From Octopus sinensis (Eukaryota), in NCBI RefSeq assembly GCF_006345805.1, contig NC_042999.1:107198001-107262000 (forward strand): a DNA stretch of 64,000 nucleotides, given 5' to 3'. The notes beneath the pieces were generated by a model. It saw nothing but the letters and a program-made list of their open reading frames with translations. It did not search any database and had not been told where the DNA came from. A program made the translations under genes and the position numbers. Of this stretch, positions 12,066-26,520 are shown piece after piece. Every line of letters begins with the position of its first letter. Position 1 is the first letter of the stretch.

Positions 12066-12829
12066 ACATACATATAGATAAGTATAAAGATATATACAAG
12101 TGTATTTACATATACACATACATACTTGCTTGCATATTTGCAAAAGAAGAACTATCTAATATCTCTAGTATATATAACAATCCTATGCTGTATTAAGCAG
12201 CAACTATCTGTTATTCTCCCACAAAGCGCAAGGTGAAACCTAATCGAAGTGTAACAGTTAAATAGAAACAAAACAGTGTCATGGTAGAACAGAAGATAGT
12301 TTGGATGGTATTACAATGAAAACAGATTTCAAATAACCCACTTTCAGAACTTAGTCTGTATGTCTCTACGTCAAACAAGAACAACAGCAACAGCTATCAG
12401 ACTTTTACAAGAGATTTGATACAAAGAAAATATACACTGTGTTTTCATTAGATTAATACAACATCAGCTACTATAACAAATTATAGTTTATATGTAAGAA
12501 TGTTTAACGTGTAGTATATGAGCTTATGTGTTGATGTATTTATCCATCCATTCATATATTTATCTAGAAATATTTGCATACTCACACACACACACACACA
12601 CACATGTATGTGCATGCCCTCCCACAAATGCATAAATGCACCCACACATGCATACAGAGAGTGTAAGAGAGAGAGAAAGAAAGAAAGAAAGAAAGAGAAC
12701 CCACCTACTTTAATGGTTAGGTGTTTGCTAATGCGTTTGTATGTATGTATGTAAGTGAGTGAGTGTGTGTGTATACAGAATACGGTGAATAGATTGACAT
12801 CTAAATCACACAAAAATGAAAATAACACT

Positions 12830-13522
12830 GACATCTCATTTTAACAGAGATATTTACCAAAATTACATAGAAATTATCTTGAATACTAAAGAATAAAAAC
12901 TTAATCAATAAAATTGCCATTGGCTTTAGGCAGTCTCCAAACGACTTCGGCATCTCCTGTAACTCTCCTGGATGGTCTCCTTGTTTAAGTTGATGAATGC
13001 TGCCATAATCCTTGCCTTCAGTTCATCTTTGAGGTTACAAAAAGTTTTGTTGGTCTTTTGCTCAACTACGCCCCACACATAATAATCAAGGGAGTTGCAG
13101 TCTGGGAAATTAGATGGCCAGATGTTAGGGGGTGATGTAGTCGCAGAAATTGTCTGACAGCCATGACAAGGTTCTCCTGCATAGTGCATCTTGTATGAGG
13201 AATATTGAATGCCTTCATGCACTACCTGCCTGATAGGAAACTCAGACACTCCCGAGGGATCGTTGTCAATCATAGCCTGGTTCTCTCAAACAAATTCAGG
13301 AGTTCTTTTCTTATCACCCAAACACTCTGAAATGTTCTTATTGGAGCTTCTGGCATGAATGTCAAGCAGTACAGCATGTTGCTTCCAAATTTCTGGCAGA
13401 GTGAATCATGTCATGGTACTGTTTTTCTCACAGATGGTGCCCAACAGACCCTACCAAAATCAAAAACAATGTGCATGCACAAAATTAAAAATATATAATA
13501 GTGACAATTTACCCATTGCACC

Positions 13523-13526
<4 letters not shown>
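12830..13526 (-). mobile_element. Deleted IS630/Tc1/mariner remnant, maT (DD37D)-like
   Basis: ORF 12926..13273 has IWPSNFPDCNSLDYYVWGVVEQKTN. 5' end is TA-cagggtgcaatgggtaaattgtcac. The other TIR was not seen. Confidence 0.7.
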
Positions 13527-13556
<30 letters not shown>

Positions 13557-13558
<2 letters not shown>

Positions 13559-13880
13559 CATCATCATCATCATCATCATTTAACGTCCATTTTCCATGCA
13601 AGCAAGGGTTGGATGTTTCGGGTCTGGGAAGCCAGGAGGCTGCACCAGGCTCCAGTCTGATCTGGCAGTGATTCTACAGCTGGATGCCCCTTCCTAATGC
13701 CAATCACTCCGTGAGTGTAGTGGGTGCATCTAACATGCCACCAGCACAGGGGCCAGAAAAGGCTGGCAATGGCCACGATTGGTTGGTGCTTTTTACGTGC
13801 CACTGGCATGGAAGCCAGTTAAGGCGGCACTGGCATCGACCACATTCAGATGGTGTTTTTTACATGCCTCCAACACGGGT
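13557..13880 (-). mobile_element. RTE family 3' end
   Basis: (TCA)n tail plus reverse complement of 1560-1769. Confidence 0.85.
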
Positions 13881-13934
13881 ATCCAAACTACAATTTCCAT
13901 TTGATTTTTATATATGTCTATATATGTATATATA

Positions 13935-13984
<50 letters not shown>

Positions 13985-13987
<3 letters not shown>

Positions 13988-14355
13988 AAATAGAACTAGA
14001 ACGCAAAACATCCAGACATTTAGGTGAAACATTTAGGGACAGCAAAACATCCAAATAGACGATACAAAGAAAACAAGGACGGGTCATTCGGAGTTTTCTT
14101 TCCTCAGTCGAGTTCAAGATTATCTTTGCAATTTCAGCTGGTTAATTTCAGCTGGTTAATCTCGAGATTGCTCCAAGGCTGAGCTAAAACTAAGCTAAAA
14201 GTATTAGATTCCTTGGAAGAAAGCAGCAAATGTATACAAAAACAAGGACAGAAAAAGACAGGGTAATAATTATTAAAATTTTAAATTCGGGTATCTACGA
14301 GATACCACCATGCATGGTGCGTAGATACCCTAATTTATAATTTTAATTTTAATAT
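13985..14355. repeat. Unclassified element between (TA)n tracts, ending in a hairpin
   Basis: 14-bp tandem duplication at 14131-14158 and 28-bp inverted arms at 14272-14347. Confidence 0.55.
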
Positions 14356-14361
14356 ATATAT

Positions 14362-14726
14362 ATACCAGCAGTATCACCCGGTGTTGCTTTAGAATTGGAA
14401 TTTTTGAAAGGTAAAAATTTTGCATTATGTAACTTGCTATTCTCTTTAAGTGAACATTTTTCTGGTTGAAATACACGAAAAATGGCGACAAAAAATGGCG
14501 AAAAATGGATTTTCATAGAAAAAAAGCACCTTTTTGATGTAAATAATTTTTGGTGTTAACATGGTCGGATTTGAATTTTTTTCTTCTACGGAAGGAAGAG
14601 CAAGCCTTCTTCTATCATACTATCGATTTTGGTCAACTTGCACCACAGAGTCTCGGAAGAGATAGTGTTAGTTGAAGGCTACCAAACCTGCCATACACAA
14701 ACAACTTCAGCTATATAGATATAGAT
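14362..14726. mobile_element. Non-autonomous Helitron-like (HINE/Lep1-type) element
   Basis: Begins tatac-cagcagtatcacccggtgttgc and ends cttcagctatatagatatagat, an end architecture typical of these elements (from recall). Confidence 0.5.
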
Positions 14727-15176
14727 AATTGGTATGTGTTCACAAAGTCCAAACGATTAATACAAAAAACCCTCCAGGCTACATCCTGAAAATTCATTTC
14801 TTTGCCGAATTTCTACAATGTTTATGGCGATTCATTTTTATATCTTGATTTTTTTTATTTTTCATGCAATTTACGCATGCTTGCACGCGTGGTTAACACA
14901 GTTCACGTCAAACAGCCGACTGAGTAAAGTTCACTATTAAATGCATGGGATAAGGCCTAAACAAACACATTATCGATTTTTGCGCTTGCGAGATAAATTT
15001 CGGAACAGAAATAGCGCAGTTCAATTTTCAATCGCCTAACCTTTAAGTAACCCATTTTTGGTGGTTCTACAATTTTTTGGCTAGGAGGAGATGTGCCAGG
15101 AAGTTAAACACACAGACACACACACAGATACACACACAGACACACAAGTTGAGTTATATATATATAGATATATATG

Positions 15177-15225
<49 letters not shown>

Positions 15226-15719
15226 ATATATATATATATATGCATATACACAGCTCCAGGTGCCACACAGCTTACATTTTCAACCAAAATCCTAAAAACA
15301 AAGAGACCTATGACATTTTTCAAAATATACCAAAACTGACTCCAGGGTGAACCAAATTCTGCAAATATATGACATCAACAAAAAATATTAACAAAGACCA
15401 AATTTATCAGAATAACAACAACAGTAAAAGTAATACATGCGTAAGATCCAACTTTAGTACTTCTTTAAATCTGTCAGAAGGATTAGGAATCCATTTGAAA
15501 TAAGGGAAATTCTTCAAAATAAAATATAACTTTAACTGTGAATTTTAAGATTTCATTTTTTTATGAGCATATATGAGTTAATTTAATTTTATTTATTTTT
15601 CTTATTTCTTATTGCATGACTAAATTGTCTTACATAATTGAAACTAGTTTGATAAAAATGCTAACTTTCCTCCTTTTATTTATGATAAAGTCCTACAAAA
15701 ATTTTAAGTAAGAAGAGAA

Positions 15720-16715
15720 TTTCAAGACTGGCAGTCTGTGAGTATTTCCGCAGGCTGACAATCTACTTTAAATAAGTGAATTTGCCAAAGAATTAGAGAA
15801 AGATTCCTAAAGTTTGAAGTAGGACCCAGAATACAAAATACACCTGACAAAGGCTAATATTTTAGTTAGCAGTAAAGAATTTAAAACTCTACCGCCATCT
15901 AGAAATGGCCATATTTGTGATGCAGGAAATGAGTAAGTATGAACTCTATACTGTGTGATAAATGTAAATTATATGTGCACAAAGGAGCAGTGGGAATTCA
16001 AGCATACTGACAGAGGAGAAAAACTTCTTTCATAACAGATGCATACAAGTTGTTACTTGTAAGAGAACTTATAAAATGCAATTTTTCAACTTCTCAAAAA
16101 CCTTGCTAGTGGCTGACAGATTCTGTTACCATGCCAACTTAATCTGCAGTGAAGGTAGATCTAAAAGCACAGCAGCCTCATTAAAAATATGATGGAAAAG
16201 CTTCAGAGAATAATTACATCTGTAATAATGAAACAAAAAAGGGCTACTTTTTCTATTGAAAAACAGATTGTATTATGGTTGTGTGTACAGGGTCACTGCA
16301 TGAATGCTAAATGCTTACAATATGTAGAAGAAATGTAAAAACTGCATAGCAGTGATACAAACATGCTCCATATAATGTGTAATGTCAGTGTACATGAATG
16401 ACAGAGTATAGTTCGGCTGAGGAAAAAGTGTGCATTAAAGAAATCAATCATTAAAAATAAGAGAGAAAACTATACATGTAATGCATATGAATGATGGCAA
16501 TTGGATGAAGAAGGGTCTAGAAATCTAAAGGGAAGGAGCTAGAAGAAGAGAGAAAACTAAGAAGGTGTTGGAAGAAATGGTGAAGACTTATCTTGGAATG
16601 GTGAACTTGAGAATGGAGATTACAAATGATCACTACAAATCCTAAGATACTGTGCCAGAGCAGACTTATCCAATTAATGCTTGTACTGAGAAAATAGATG
16701 TAAAAAGGATGTAAA
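15720..16715 (+). mobile_element. Old, heavily decayed copy of the RTE family
   Basis: KWPYL*CRK*VSMNSILCDKCKLYVHK parallels the finger at 405-505. atgtgtaatgtcagtgtacatg parallels 848-870. Confidence 0.7.
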
Positions 16716-17768
16716 AGTGATATTTATATTTGTGACAATGATGATGTATACCATCATTTATTCATATATATGTATACATACACACACACACACACATATG
16801 CAGGAATACGCCCACGTGTATGTATGTATAGTCATATTAATTATTGCCTATATATCTATCTCATCTATCACTGATATCAGATTTTCTTTATTAGCTCGTC
16901 TATTTCTCACCATCCATTCATTATGGATATCCCAATCCAATGTCAGTGGCTTCGTTTTGCAATATAACAAAATTATAAAAATATATGATTAATAGCAATT
17001 TGCATCATGGAAATTATACATCTATCCACTGTTTGGATCAACTTTCTCATATTCTTAGAATCTGAGGTCCTCATTAAAAGCCCCCACAACATCAGATAAT
17101 ATGTAATCTGTATATGATGGATGAGTTAAAGGAAAACTATGAGAGAGAGGGTAAGAAGCTACGATGGTAATGGAAGAAATCAATTTTGCTAACTACTAAA
17201 CCATAAGCACACACACACACACACACACACACCACACACACACACACACAGCTCCTTACAGAATATATATTGAAAGTAAGATGTTATGAAGGAGCTGATA
17301 TGGCATACTGCTCAATATATTTTCGTATAATCCATAGCCCATCATTTCATTCCTGTAATTGCTTCTGGGACATAGCAGAAAGTAATTTTAGCAGTGTTTA
17401 GGCCTTTTCATTGATGCTAACCTACTAGAGTTAGCTACTGGTTCTATGACACAAAAGTATCCATTTGAATGAGTTTAAGTCAACATATGTAGTTTCTACC
17501 AAAATTTTGATTAGGAAACTTAAAATGAAGACCAGAAATTGTGTTCCAAATACCAATCTTACAATGGAGAGTTAATTTATTTCATTAAACTCTTGTAAAT
17601 TCTTTATTATTTAATAAACAGAAACACATAGAAATGTAGTCCTGAAAGGGTTAATAGCATTGGCTGAATATGTGATATCATTGTAAAATTGAGTTCAAGG
17701 TTTAAACTCCTATAATAACAATAGTGGCAGCAGTGGTGACCCACCTACAACAATTTCTATTATGATGA

Positions 17769-18150
17769 AGGTGGCAAGCTTGCAAAATCATTAGCATACT
17801 GGGTAAAATGCTTAGCGGTATCTCGTCTGCCGCTACGTTCTAAGTTCAAATTCCGCCCAGGTCGACTTTGCCTTTCATACTTTCGGGGTCGATAAATTAA
17901 GTACCAGTTACGAACTGGTTCGATATAATTGACTTAATCTGTTTGTCTGTCCTCCCTGTGTTTAGCCCCTTGTGGGTAGTAAAGAAATAGGTATTTCTTC
18001 TGTCTTCACATTCTGAGTTCAAATGCTGCCAGGGTTGACTTTGCCTTTCATCCTTTCAGGGTCGATAAATTAAGAACCAGTTACACACTGGGGTCGATGT
18101 AATCGACTTAATCCCTTCCCCTAAATTTGAGAACTTGTGCTTCCAACAGA
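17769..18150 (+). mobile_element. tRNA-headed SINE with Nin/Deu-like central domain, plus truncated tandem second copy
   Basis: B-box-like gttcaaattcc and core gtcgactttgcctttcat..ttcggggtcgataaattaagtaccag. The second copy starts at 17990. Confidence 0.8.
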
Positions 18151-18991
18151 AAAGATTTCTATTATGATACTGATGATGAGAATGACACAAGGAAAGAGGG
18201 AAGAGGAGCAGGACAAAAACAAAAGCAACAGCAACAAAAAGATGACCTGGTGGTGTTGGTGATGGTGGTGTTGGTGGCAGTGGTGGTGGTGGCAGCAGCT
18301 CTAACACAGGCACAAGGCCAGATATTCAGAGAATGAGTTAGTAAATAAAAGAGGTCCCTATACTAGACAATTACTTTATTTTATCAACTACAGAAGCATA
18401 AAAAGCAAAGTTGGCCACAGCATGATTTGAACTCAGAATTTAAATCTCAGAATAGACATTGCAAATCATTGCCAGATTCTTTAATGGTTCAGCCAATCTA
18501 TTGTCCTAATTTTTTTTATATACCAACCTGCATGGCAGCAGCCTTTACATGAGAGTAACCAGATTTTATAGTGTTAGATTAATCTTGAGACTGAATGATC
18601 AATATGGGTGTGGCTGTAGTCTATATGGGCAGCATGGATTAAATAGTCTACCCTCGTATGGAGCGGGGACAGCCAGGCTAAAGCTTGTGGTATATCTGGA
18701 TTGTCAACTGTCAGTGGCCTGAAGTTCATAAACAAGGTGTATTAACATGGTGAAAGCTCCATGGCAACCTCCTGTCTAAACATGTGAGCCTAAGAATAAT
18801 ATTAACATCACATAACCTGAGCTAACTAATAGAGACCTAACATCTGGAAGTCATCTTGAATTGGTCTCAATCTACGTGTGTATAGATGTATGTATGTACG
18901 TATGTACATATATGCACAAATATACACACACACATTTATATGTGTGGGGGGGGGGATTCATGTATGTCTATATATATGTATGTATGTATTG

Positions 18992-19318
18992 TGAAGGGGC
19001 ATGGCTCAGTGGATAGTCGAGCTTATGATCATGAGGTTGTGAGTTCAAATCCCAGACTGTTGTGTTCTTGAGCAAGACACTTTATTTCATGTTGTTCCAG
19101 TTCACTGAGCTGTAGAAATGAGTTGCAATGTCACAGGTGCCAAGTTGTATTGGCCTTTGCCTTTCCCTTGGATAACACTGGTGGCACGGAGAGGGGAGGC
19201 TGGTATGCATGGGTGACTGCTGGTCTTCCATAAACAGCCTTGCCTGGACTTGTGCCTGGGAGGGTAACTTTCTAGGTGCAATCCCATGGTCAGTCATGAC
19301 CGAAGGTGGTCTCAGCAG
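18992..19318 (+). mobile_element. tRNA-derived SINE, family 3
   Basis: ggctcagtggatag and gagttcaaatcc boxes, then tgtgttcttgagcaagacacttta. A second degenerate copy lies at 19480-19720. Confidence 0.75.
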
Positions 19319-20334
19319 CAATGTATGTATGTATGTATGTATGTATGTATGTATGTATGCATCTATGTATGTATTATGTATGTGTGTATGTATGTATTTA
19401 TGTACGTATGTATGTATGTGCACACACACACATAGATACATACATGTGTGTGTATTTATGTCTCTTTTTATGTATGTAAGGTCAAGAGTTCAATTCTCAG
19501 TGGTGCATTGTGTTCTTGAGCAAGACACTTTATTTCACATTGCTCCACGATTTTCCACTCAGCTGGCAAAAATGAGTTGTACCTGCAATTCAAAGGGCCA
19601 CCCTTGTCACATTCTGTGTTACACAGAATTTCACTTGCATGCCAGTATGTATGCTACATCAGGTTATGAGATTTTGCATTTAAGTGAACTGCAAAGAATG
19701 ACCACTGATGTCAGGATATAGCCTATAATTCTGCTCTTCTATATACTTGGATAAATTTTAAGAATTTATGAAACTACATTTACTTCTTAACCAAAGGATT
19801 GCCTGAACACATAAATCATTCACACACACATACACACGTGCACACACATGTTCACACGCGCATGCACATACACACACACAAACACACATATCTTTATATT
19901 TATCTATATATACATATTACACGTGTGTAATATATATGTATATATTACCAACAGAAGCAGTTTTAATCCTGAATAACAGTCATTATCTGCAAGTTAACAC
20001 AGATATATTGTTAGGGACAAATTGGTATTAATACAACTTTTTTTGTTGCACATATTTATGTTTTAAATAGCCTGCTGGGTATTTGCAATGTCAGTGACTG
20101 AACATTCACCGTTTTTCTATACATCATCGGCAGCATTGGGATTTCACAGGCATGTGGTGAGGGGACGCCTTTTACTATTGTATGCCGAAGTGATGTGATC
20201 TAGTAATTCAACCACCCATGCTGAACATTTCTCATATGCTAACAATATATCTGTACTTCTTAGCACTGTATGTCTACATATGAGGATCTCTTAAGATGAA
20301 TACCACAGTAATACGATGTTTTTATAAAATATGC

Positions 20335-20765
<431 letters not shown>

Positions 20766-20906
20766 AATTAAATACAATCAGATGATAAACATATATGTAC
20801 AAGCATATATTTATATTAAGGGGATATAGATATTTATATATACTGTATTTTTAGTATAGTTACTACCCTGGTCTCTTCATTAGATTTTGCAACTAGCTAT
20901 TTTTCT

Positions 20907-20948
<42 letters not shown>

Positions 20949-20989
20949 AAACAACATCAACTTAAAAAGGACAAGAGCAATGTAATCAC

Positions 20990-21560
20990 TTTTATAAGAA
21001 GACTTAGGGAACAACATAACTCCTCAAATCAGCAATGTTTGGGTACTAGACAAGAACAAGCAGAATGGTTTTGTCACTCTGCATGCATCTTAAGCCTTTG
21101 CTGATAGCACATTTGTGCTCATCGAATTTATCCTAAACTGGCAACTGGCAATACCCCTAACCCAGTAGTTCTGCCCGACTAGGAATTTCTGGAAGTTATC
21201 CATGGGCCTCAGCCAAAAAGTCTTTGATACCAGCCAGTTGGTTTTTTTAGAAACATCCAAAGTTACTCCAAGAACTTTATCACTTTTGCCCATCATTAAT
21301 CCTCTCTAGTATATCAATGTGGAACTTCCACCAATTGTTCAACTGGTAGAAGTCTGTTAGCCTTTGAAAACATTCTAGGGACCAAATGCTCTGCCATAAT
21401 TATAATAGAATTTATTCTAATTCATCATCTCCTCCAATTTATTTGCATTTTCATTAATTATCCCTAAGGTAACTCTTTAAAAGAACAGAGCTGTCCGCTT
21501 TGAAATCCTTCACATTAGACCTTGTACTAAATGTCAATATGACTTTTAAAACGCAACATT
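20990..21560 (-). pseudogene. L1/Tx1-like LINE C-terminal (zf-RVT region) remnant
   Basis: KTFWLRPMDNFQKFLVGQNY..RG followed by CMQSDKTILLVLV*YPNIADLRSYV resembles a C..C...ET.H.L..C zinc region. Confidence 0.45.
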
Positions 21561-23310
21561 TCAATATTCACTGTTTTCAAAATTCCTTTATATGACAAAT
21601 AAAAGTAGCAACAGCAAATTATTACAGCAACAATGAAGTATTTTTAATTAAACTGTACTGCAAGTGATTGCTTCTGGCCACTATCATAGATTTCAATGAA
21701 ATCAAGTAGGTTCTTGCATGCAAAAATCAGAAACAACTTAGCCTTGAACATTTATATGCATTTTCTCCAATACGTCCCTAAAACTCTTTATGAATTTCTC
21801 AAATAATGATCTTTAAAGACAATGATAATAGTAATCTATGTTCTTTGTCTTTGTGTTAATTCTTCTTCAGCTGATCAATCACGTGCATTTATTCAAACCA
21901 GTAAGGTAAACATTGTAGCGAAAGTCCAAGACTTATTTTAGATTATATTTATGCAAATGTTTAGGGAGATCCACTGATCACTTTGTATAGCTTGCTTCCA
22001 ATTTTAAAGCTTAAATTCAAATTATGATTAATCACTCTTGAAGTGATTATGTAGTCACCCGACTCTATTCTTCAAGTAGCAAAATTTACCACTTCAAATT
22101 CATTTCCTTTCAAATTTAGAGATCTTGGAGTCATTGTACATTTCTATACAAGTTGTATTTATTTAATCCTTCCAATTAATTTCCATTCAATTCAACATTT
22201 CAATGGAAATTAATCACAAAATTAATTTAATCTTCATTTTCCCAACATATCAAACAAAAATCATATCTATATAAATGAAAATAAAGACAATAGATACATA
22301 TAAATGTAGAATGCAAACAACTTTAATAATTACAATTAATTAAAGAAGGCAGTAATCATAACAGGGAAACAAATGAATAGCTACAATATGTGGGACTGGT
22401 TTGGGTAATAACAACAAAAATGTTACAATGTTATTATAAAGTAATATTTCCTCAAATGAATAAAAGCAAACTGGCCAACTGAGTTAGGTTTATGACTAAC
22501 CAAACACGGGTAAGCAACAGAAAATCTTGATTAAACCAGAACATGCAATTTTAAAAATCAAAGCTGCATGGTTGAAGTAGGGTACATATAACATGTATGT
22601 GCCCTTTACCTAAACATCTCACATAAAACTAAAAGGTATTAAAATCATAATTGATATTTGCAATCAATTCTATGCTTTCAGCATGCATTAGATGCCTAGC
22701 AGTAAATGTCATTGGTTTTGAGTTCAAAACTACAGCAGGAATTTTGTTGTGTTCCTGAACAGAATATTCACTTTGCATCTCAAAATTGATACTGGATAAA
22801 TCAAGTTCAGTTCCATATTAGAAACTGAAGCAGGGATACTCCTTTCCCAGTCTCAATCACTTTGGGAAGCTTTGCCATAGGATGTGAGCTCTTATTCTGA
22901 TCAAAGGCTGTATGTGATGGTAGCTAATGTCTCACACTACTTCCACATTAAATTCATCTGTCAAGAGGAGGAGATATTTCCTTTGGTTATGAGAGATTCT
23001 CACAATAAAGGTGCAATAAGACAAGGGTTAGCACATCAGGTCGAGGTGGTAAATTGAAAGTTCTAGATTCAATTATTAGTGTAATTTGGAAATATAATCT
23101 GACCTTAAGGTATTTGGAGAATATATTAATCAAATGGTTGTATAAATAAAATATCCAAGATAAAAAAGATAGTTATAAAAACACAGACAAATAATTTCAG
23201 TTATGGATTATTCTTTTCTATTATTGACAGTGTAAGATTCTACCTTTAATGCTATTTTATATAAAAAGACCTCTGTATATTCCAACCAACCCTATTACTT
23301 ATTTATCTAT

Positions 23311-23345
<35 letters not shown>

Positions 23346-25829
23346 TCTATTTACGTTTGTGCTTCTGTTTCAGCCTCACTCAGCAATGATTTCTTTCTAC
23401 ATTATTCTCAGCTAAGTCAACCAAACTCTTCCTTTCCTCCTGGTATTTGGCTCATCCAAAGTGATATTAACCACTTTTCAGGCAGGAGGAATATGATCTA
23501 AACACCACCATCAACTTCTTCTTCATCTATATGTGGTACTTGCATAAATGTACATATAAATAAAGACAAACAGATGAATGGTTGGACAGTACCTCAGGCA
23601 AATAAGACCAGGGGAGACATGGGGAAAAAGCGATGTGATTAAATATTAGACTTAATATGTTGTGTGTCATAGGTGGAAGAAGAGTTGCAGTGGTACCATA
23701 CTACAAATGCACTTAACCTTACTAACACAGCAAAGCAGCAATTGAAATGATTATATTTTAAAATACATGACGGGTTGATATATATGAAACAGGTGAATAA
23801 GTACTTTTTTACATTTCTTAACTCCACATAAGTTAAATTATTGTACACAAGCCTAAATATATTGAATACAGCTTCACATACAATTTCATATCTGAAGAGT
23901 TCTTTTTCTATTTCTATTAAACCAGATATAATTCTTATACATCAACTGAACAAAAATATTTACCAAATTAATATTATTATATGCAATATGCATGTTTTAT
24001 GGTAGCAAAACATAGGCATTGAATGCATAAGATGTACAAAAGGGGAAAAGAAATGCTATGAGCATGTCTTATTGGATGCTCGAACAACAGGATGCAAATG
24101 AGCTGAGAGAAAAAAAAGGTTATAAAAATAATGAGACTGTGCAAAAGAGAATACTGAACTTCATAGATACGTGATATATACCGAGGATTACAGTTAAAAA
24201 GTATCAAATTAGCCATTGGGTGGAATATGCAGAAGAGAAAGACCAAAAGTAAGGAAGGAAGTCATGAAAGCTGCTTTCACACAACTAAAGTTCATGAAAG
24301 AGTTTGCAACAAATGGTGAGACACTGTGCTGCAGAAGAACTCTGTAATAATGTAAACTGGGAATGATGGACATATGGTGATTGGTGCTAAATCATATTGA
24401 AATATCAGTATACAGGTTGAATAACTCTCACAGAAAATTTTCCACATCAACCAGCCCCAAACATTGGAAAGACCACAGGTTGGTGTGGGGACAAATATTA
24501 AGTATATATATAAACAGCAATTGTTTTGGAAAAAGAAGGAAATATAGATGTATTTGTAGGTTTTATTGATATAATTCTGATGAAAGGTATACAGATATGC
24601 ATACATGTGTATATATGTGTGGGTGTAGATAGATAGATACATACATACATACGTACGTACATACATGCACATGTTTGTATTGAAAGAGGGAGAGAGAGAG
24701 AGTATATTTGAAAGACAGTTGTTATTATAGATTTAAATATCATATCATTAAAAATTTAGAACCAAAGTTTCAAATACCAAGAAAGATAGAAAAGGATTTA
24801 TTCATTCATTGCTTTACATTTGAATCTGTTTATTTTTCTGAAATATTCAGGTTTTATGCTTTATGAACTGCAATAATTTTTTTAAATTTTTGAATATATT
24901 GCAAATTTTATAGAAATTAACAGTCCAAAATATAGAACATACTATTTGAATAGTTTAGACATACAAACATATTTAAACATGAAACAATGAAAGAATATCT
25001 TTTTTTCATCTTCAATGGCATTAGAAATTGCATACTATTTGAAGATATAATTTTTTTCAAATGAGAAATTTTATTACTAACAGGAGCATTTCAATATATA
25101 CTGTCTATAAATTGTGTGAAATATAATTGTCTGCCATTATAGTTACAGACATCTGTAGAGTAGTTTAAGATAATTTGATATCAACATATATCCAATTTAA
25201 ATGTGAAACAATGAAAAAATTAAGTATTTTTCAATTTTCCAAGTTATCTGAAACTGCATACTAACCTTTTGAAATTGTGATTTTTTTTTAATGAGGAATT
25301 TTAATTTATGATACAACTTTTTTCCAAGCCTTCAGAATTGTTGCTTGATATGTCAATAAAACATACCTCAAAGCTAGCCAAAGAAGCTGCCCCTGGAAGA
25401 GTATGTAGATTGGAATAGTACCTTGTTAGGTGCTATAGTCTCCTCTTTTCCAAGTAAAATGAGGAGCTTTTTTGCAATTAGTTTTTTTTTGCACCTGTTC
25501 ACCATCAAATACTCAACAACTTTGGCATAATTAGCATGAGAGAAAACAAACTAATCAAAAAACAAGAGTTAAAAAACCTACACCTTGAGTGTACTTCTAC
25601 CATGTACAGTCAAGCACTGATCTCATTGAAAATATACACAGTTCATTACTAGTGAGTATTTTGAAGAGTGCTCACTGCCACCTCCCTAATGAACAGCAAC
25701 CCTTAGTCAAGAGATTCTTTAAGGCAACCAGCTATGGACATCCAGAAATTGAAAGAGTTTGTCCATTAAAATGAACTGCTCTTGGTTACAGATAATAATT
25801 AAAATGCTTATAGAGGGATTTTATAATTA

Positions 25830-26520
25830 GTGACATCTAACTTGAAAGAAATAGTTTTCTTTTGTGCTTTTGGTGGCACAGGCAAAGCTATTTTGATCAA
25901 CATAAGATTAGCAAAAGTCTCTTCACTCAAACAGATTGCTATTGCAGTGGCCTCTTCAAGAATTATTGTAGCTTTGTTCACAAGTAGCAGGACTGCTTAT
26001 TCTACTTTTAATTATTGCAGATTTTGCATGCAATGATAGTCCTGTGATAATTACTATTGATTAAAGACCTCGACAGGCAGAAGTTAGGAAGCAGGTCAAA
26101 CAGAAAGTATGTGAAGAGAGGACAATGTCCATCTGTCTGGCATTTGTTACACTCATTTGCACTTTACAAGATCTCAAGAAGTAACACACTAGCATTCTGA
26201 GTAAAATTACAGGCTTGCTTTCTGGCGATTTCAGCACCAGCTGATGAAGTCAAAGTATGCCTGAAAGAAACCTGTACTTGGAGACAAGAAGGAAAATTTT
26301 CGATAACACAAGAGCTGCAATAAATAGTGATGTCATAGTAAGCCAGTTTGCAATGGTGTTACAGCAGCTTGAGGAAGTGGTCAGCTGCCAGTTGACACTG
26401 AGATTAGAGATGTCAAAATATAAAACTGTGAAATATAAAACAGTCATCAACACTTCTCAAGAATTGTTGCTGAAAGTTTATCATAACCCCTCACTTTCAC
26501 AGAATTGTAGATACCAACTT
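25830..26520 (+). pseudogene. Helitron RepHel PIF1-family helicase remnant
   Basis: FFCAFGGTGKAILINIRLAKV...IAIAVASSRI...RTAYSTF (Walker A region). Downstream are LLSGDF and CLKETCTWR-like segments, frameshifted. Confidence 0.75.

Noticed and set aside
14085-14115. Hammerhead-like CTGAGGA...CGAAT on the minus strand
   Set aside because: A15.1 is missing, helix II is mismatched and there is no helix I.
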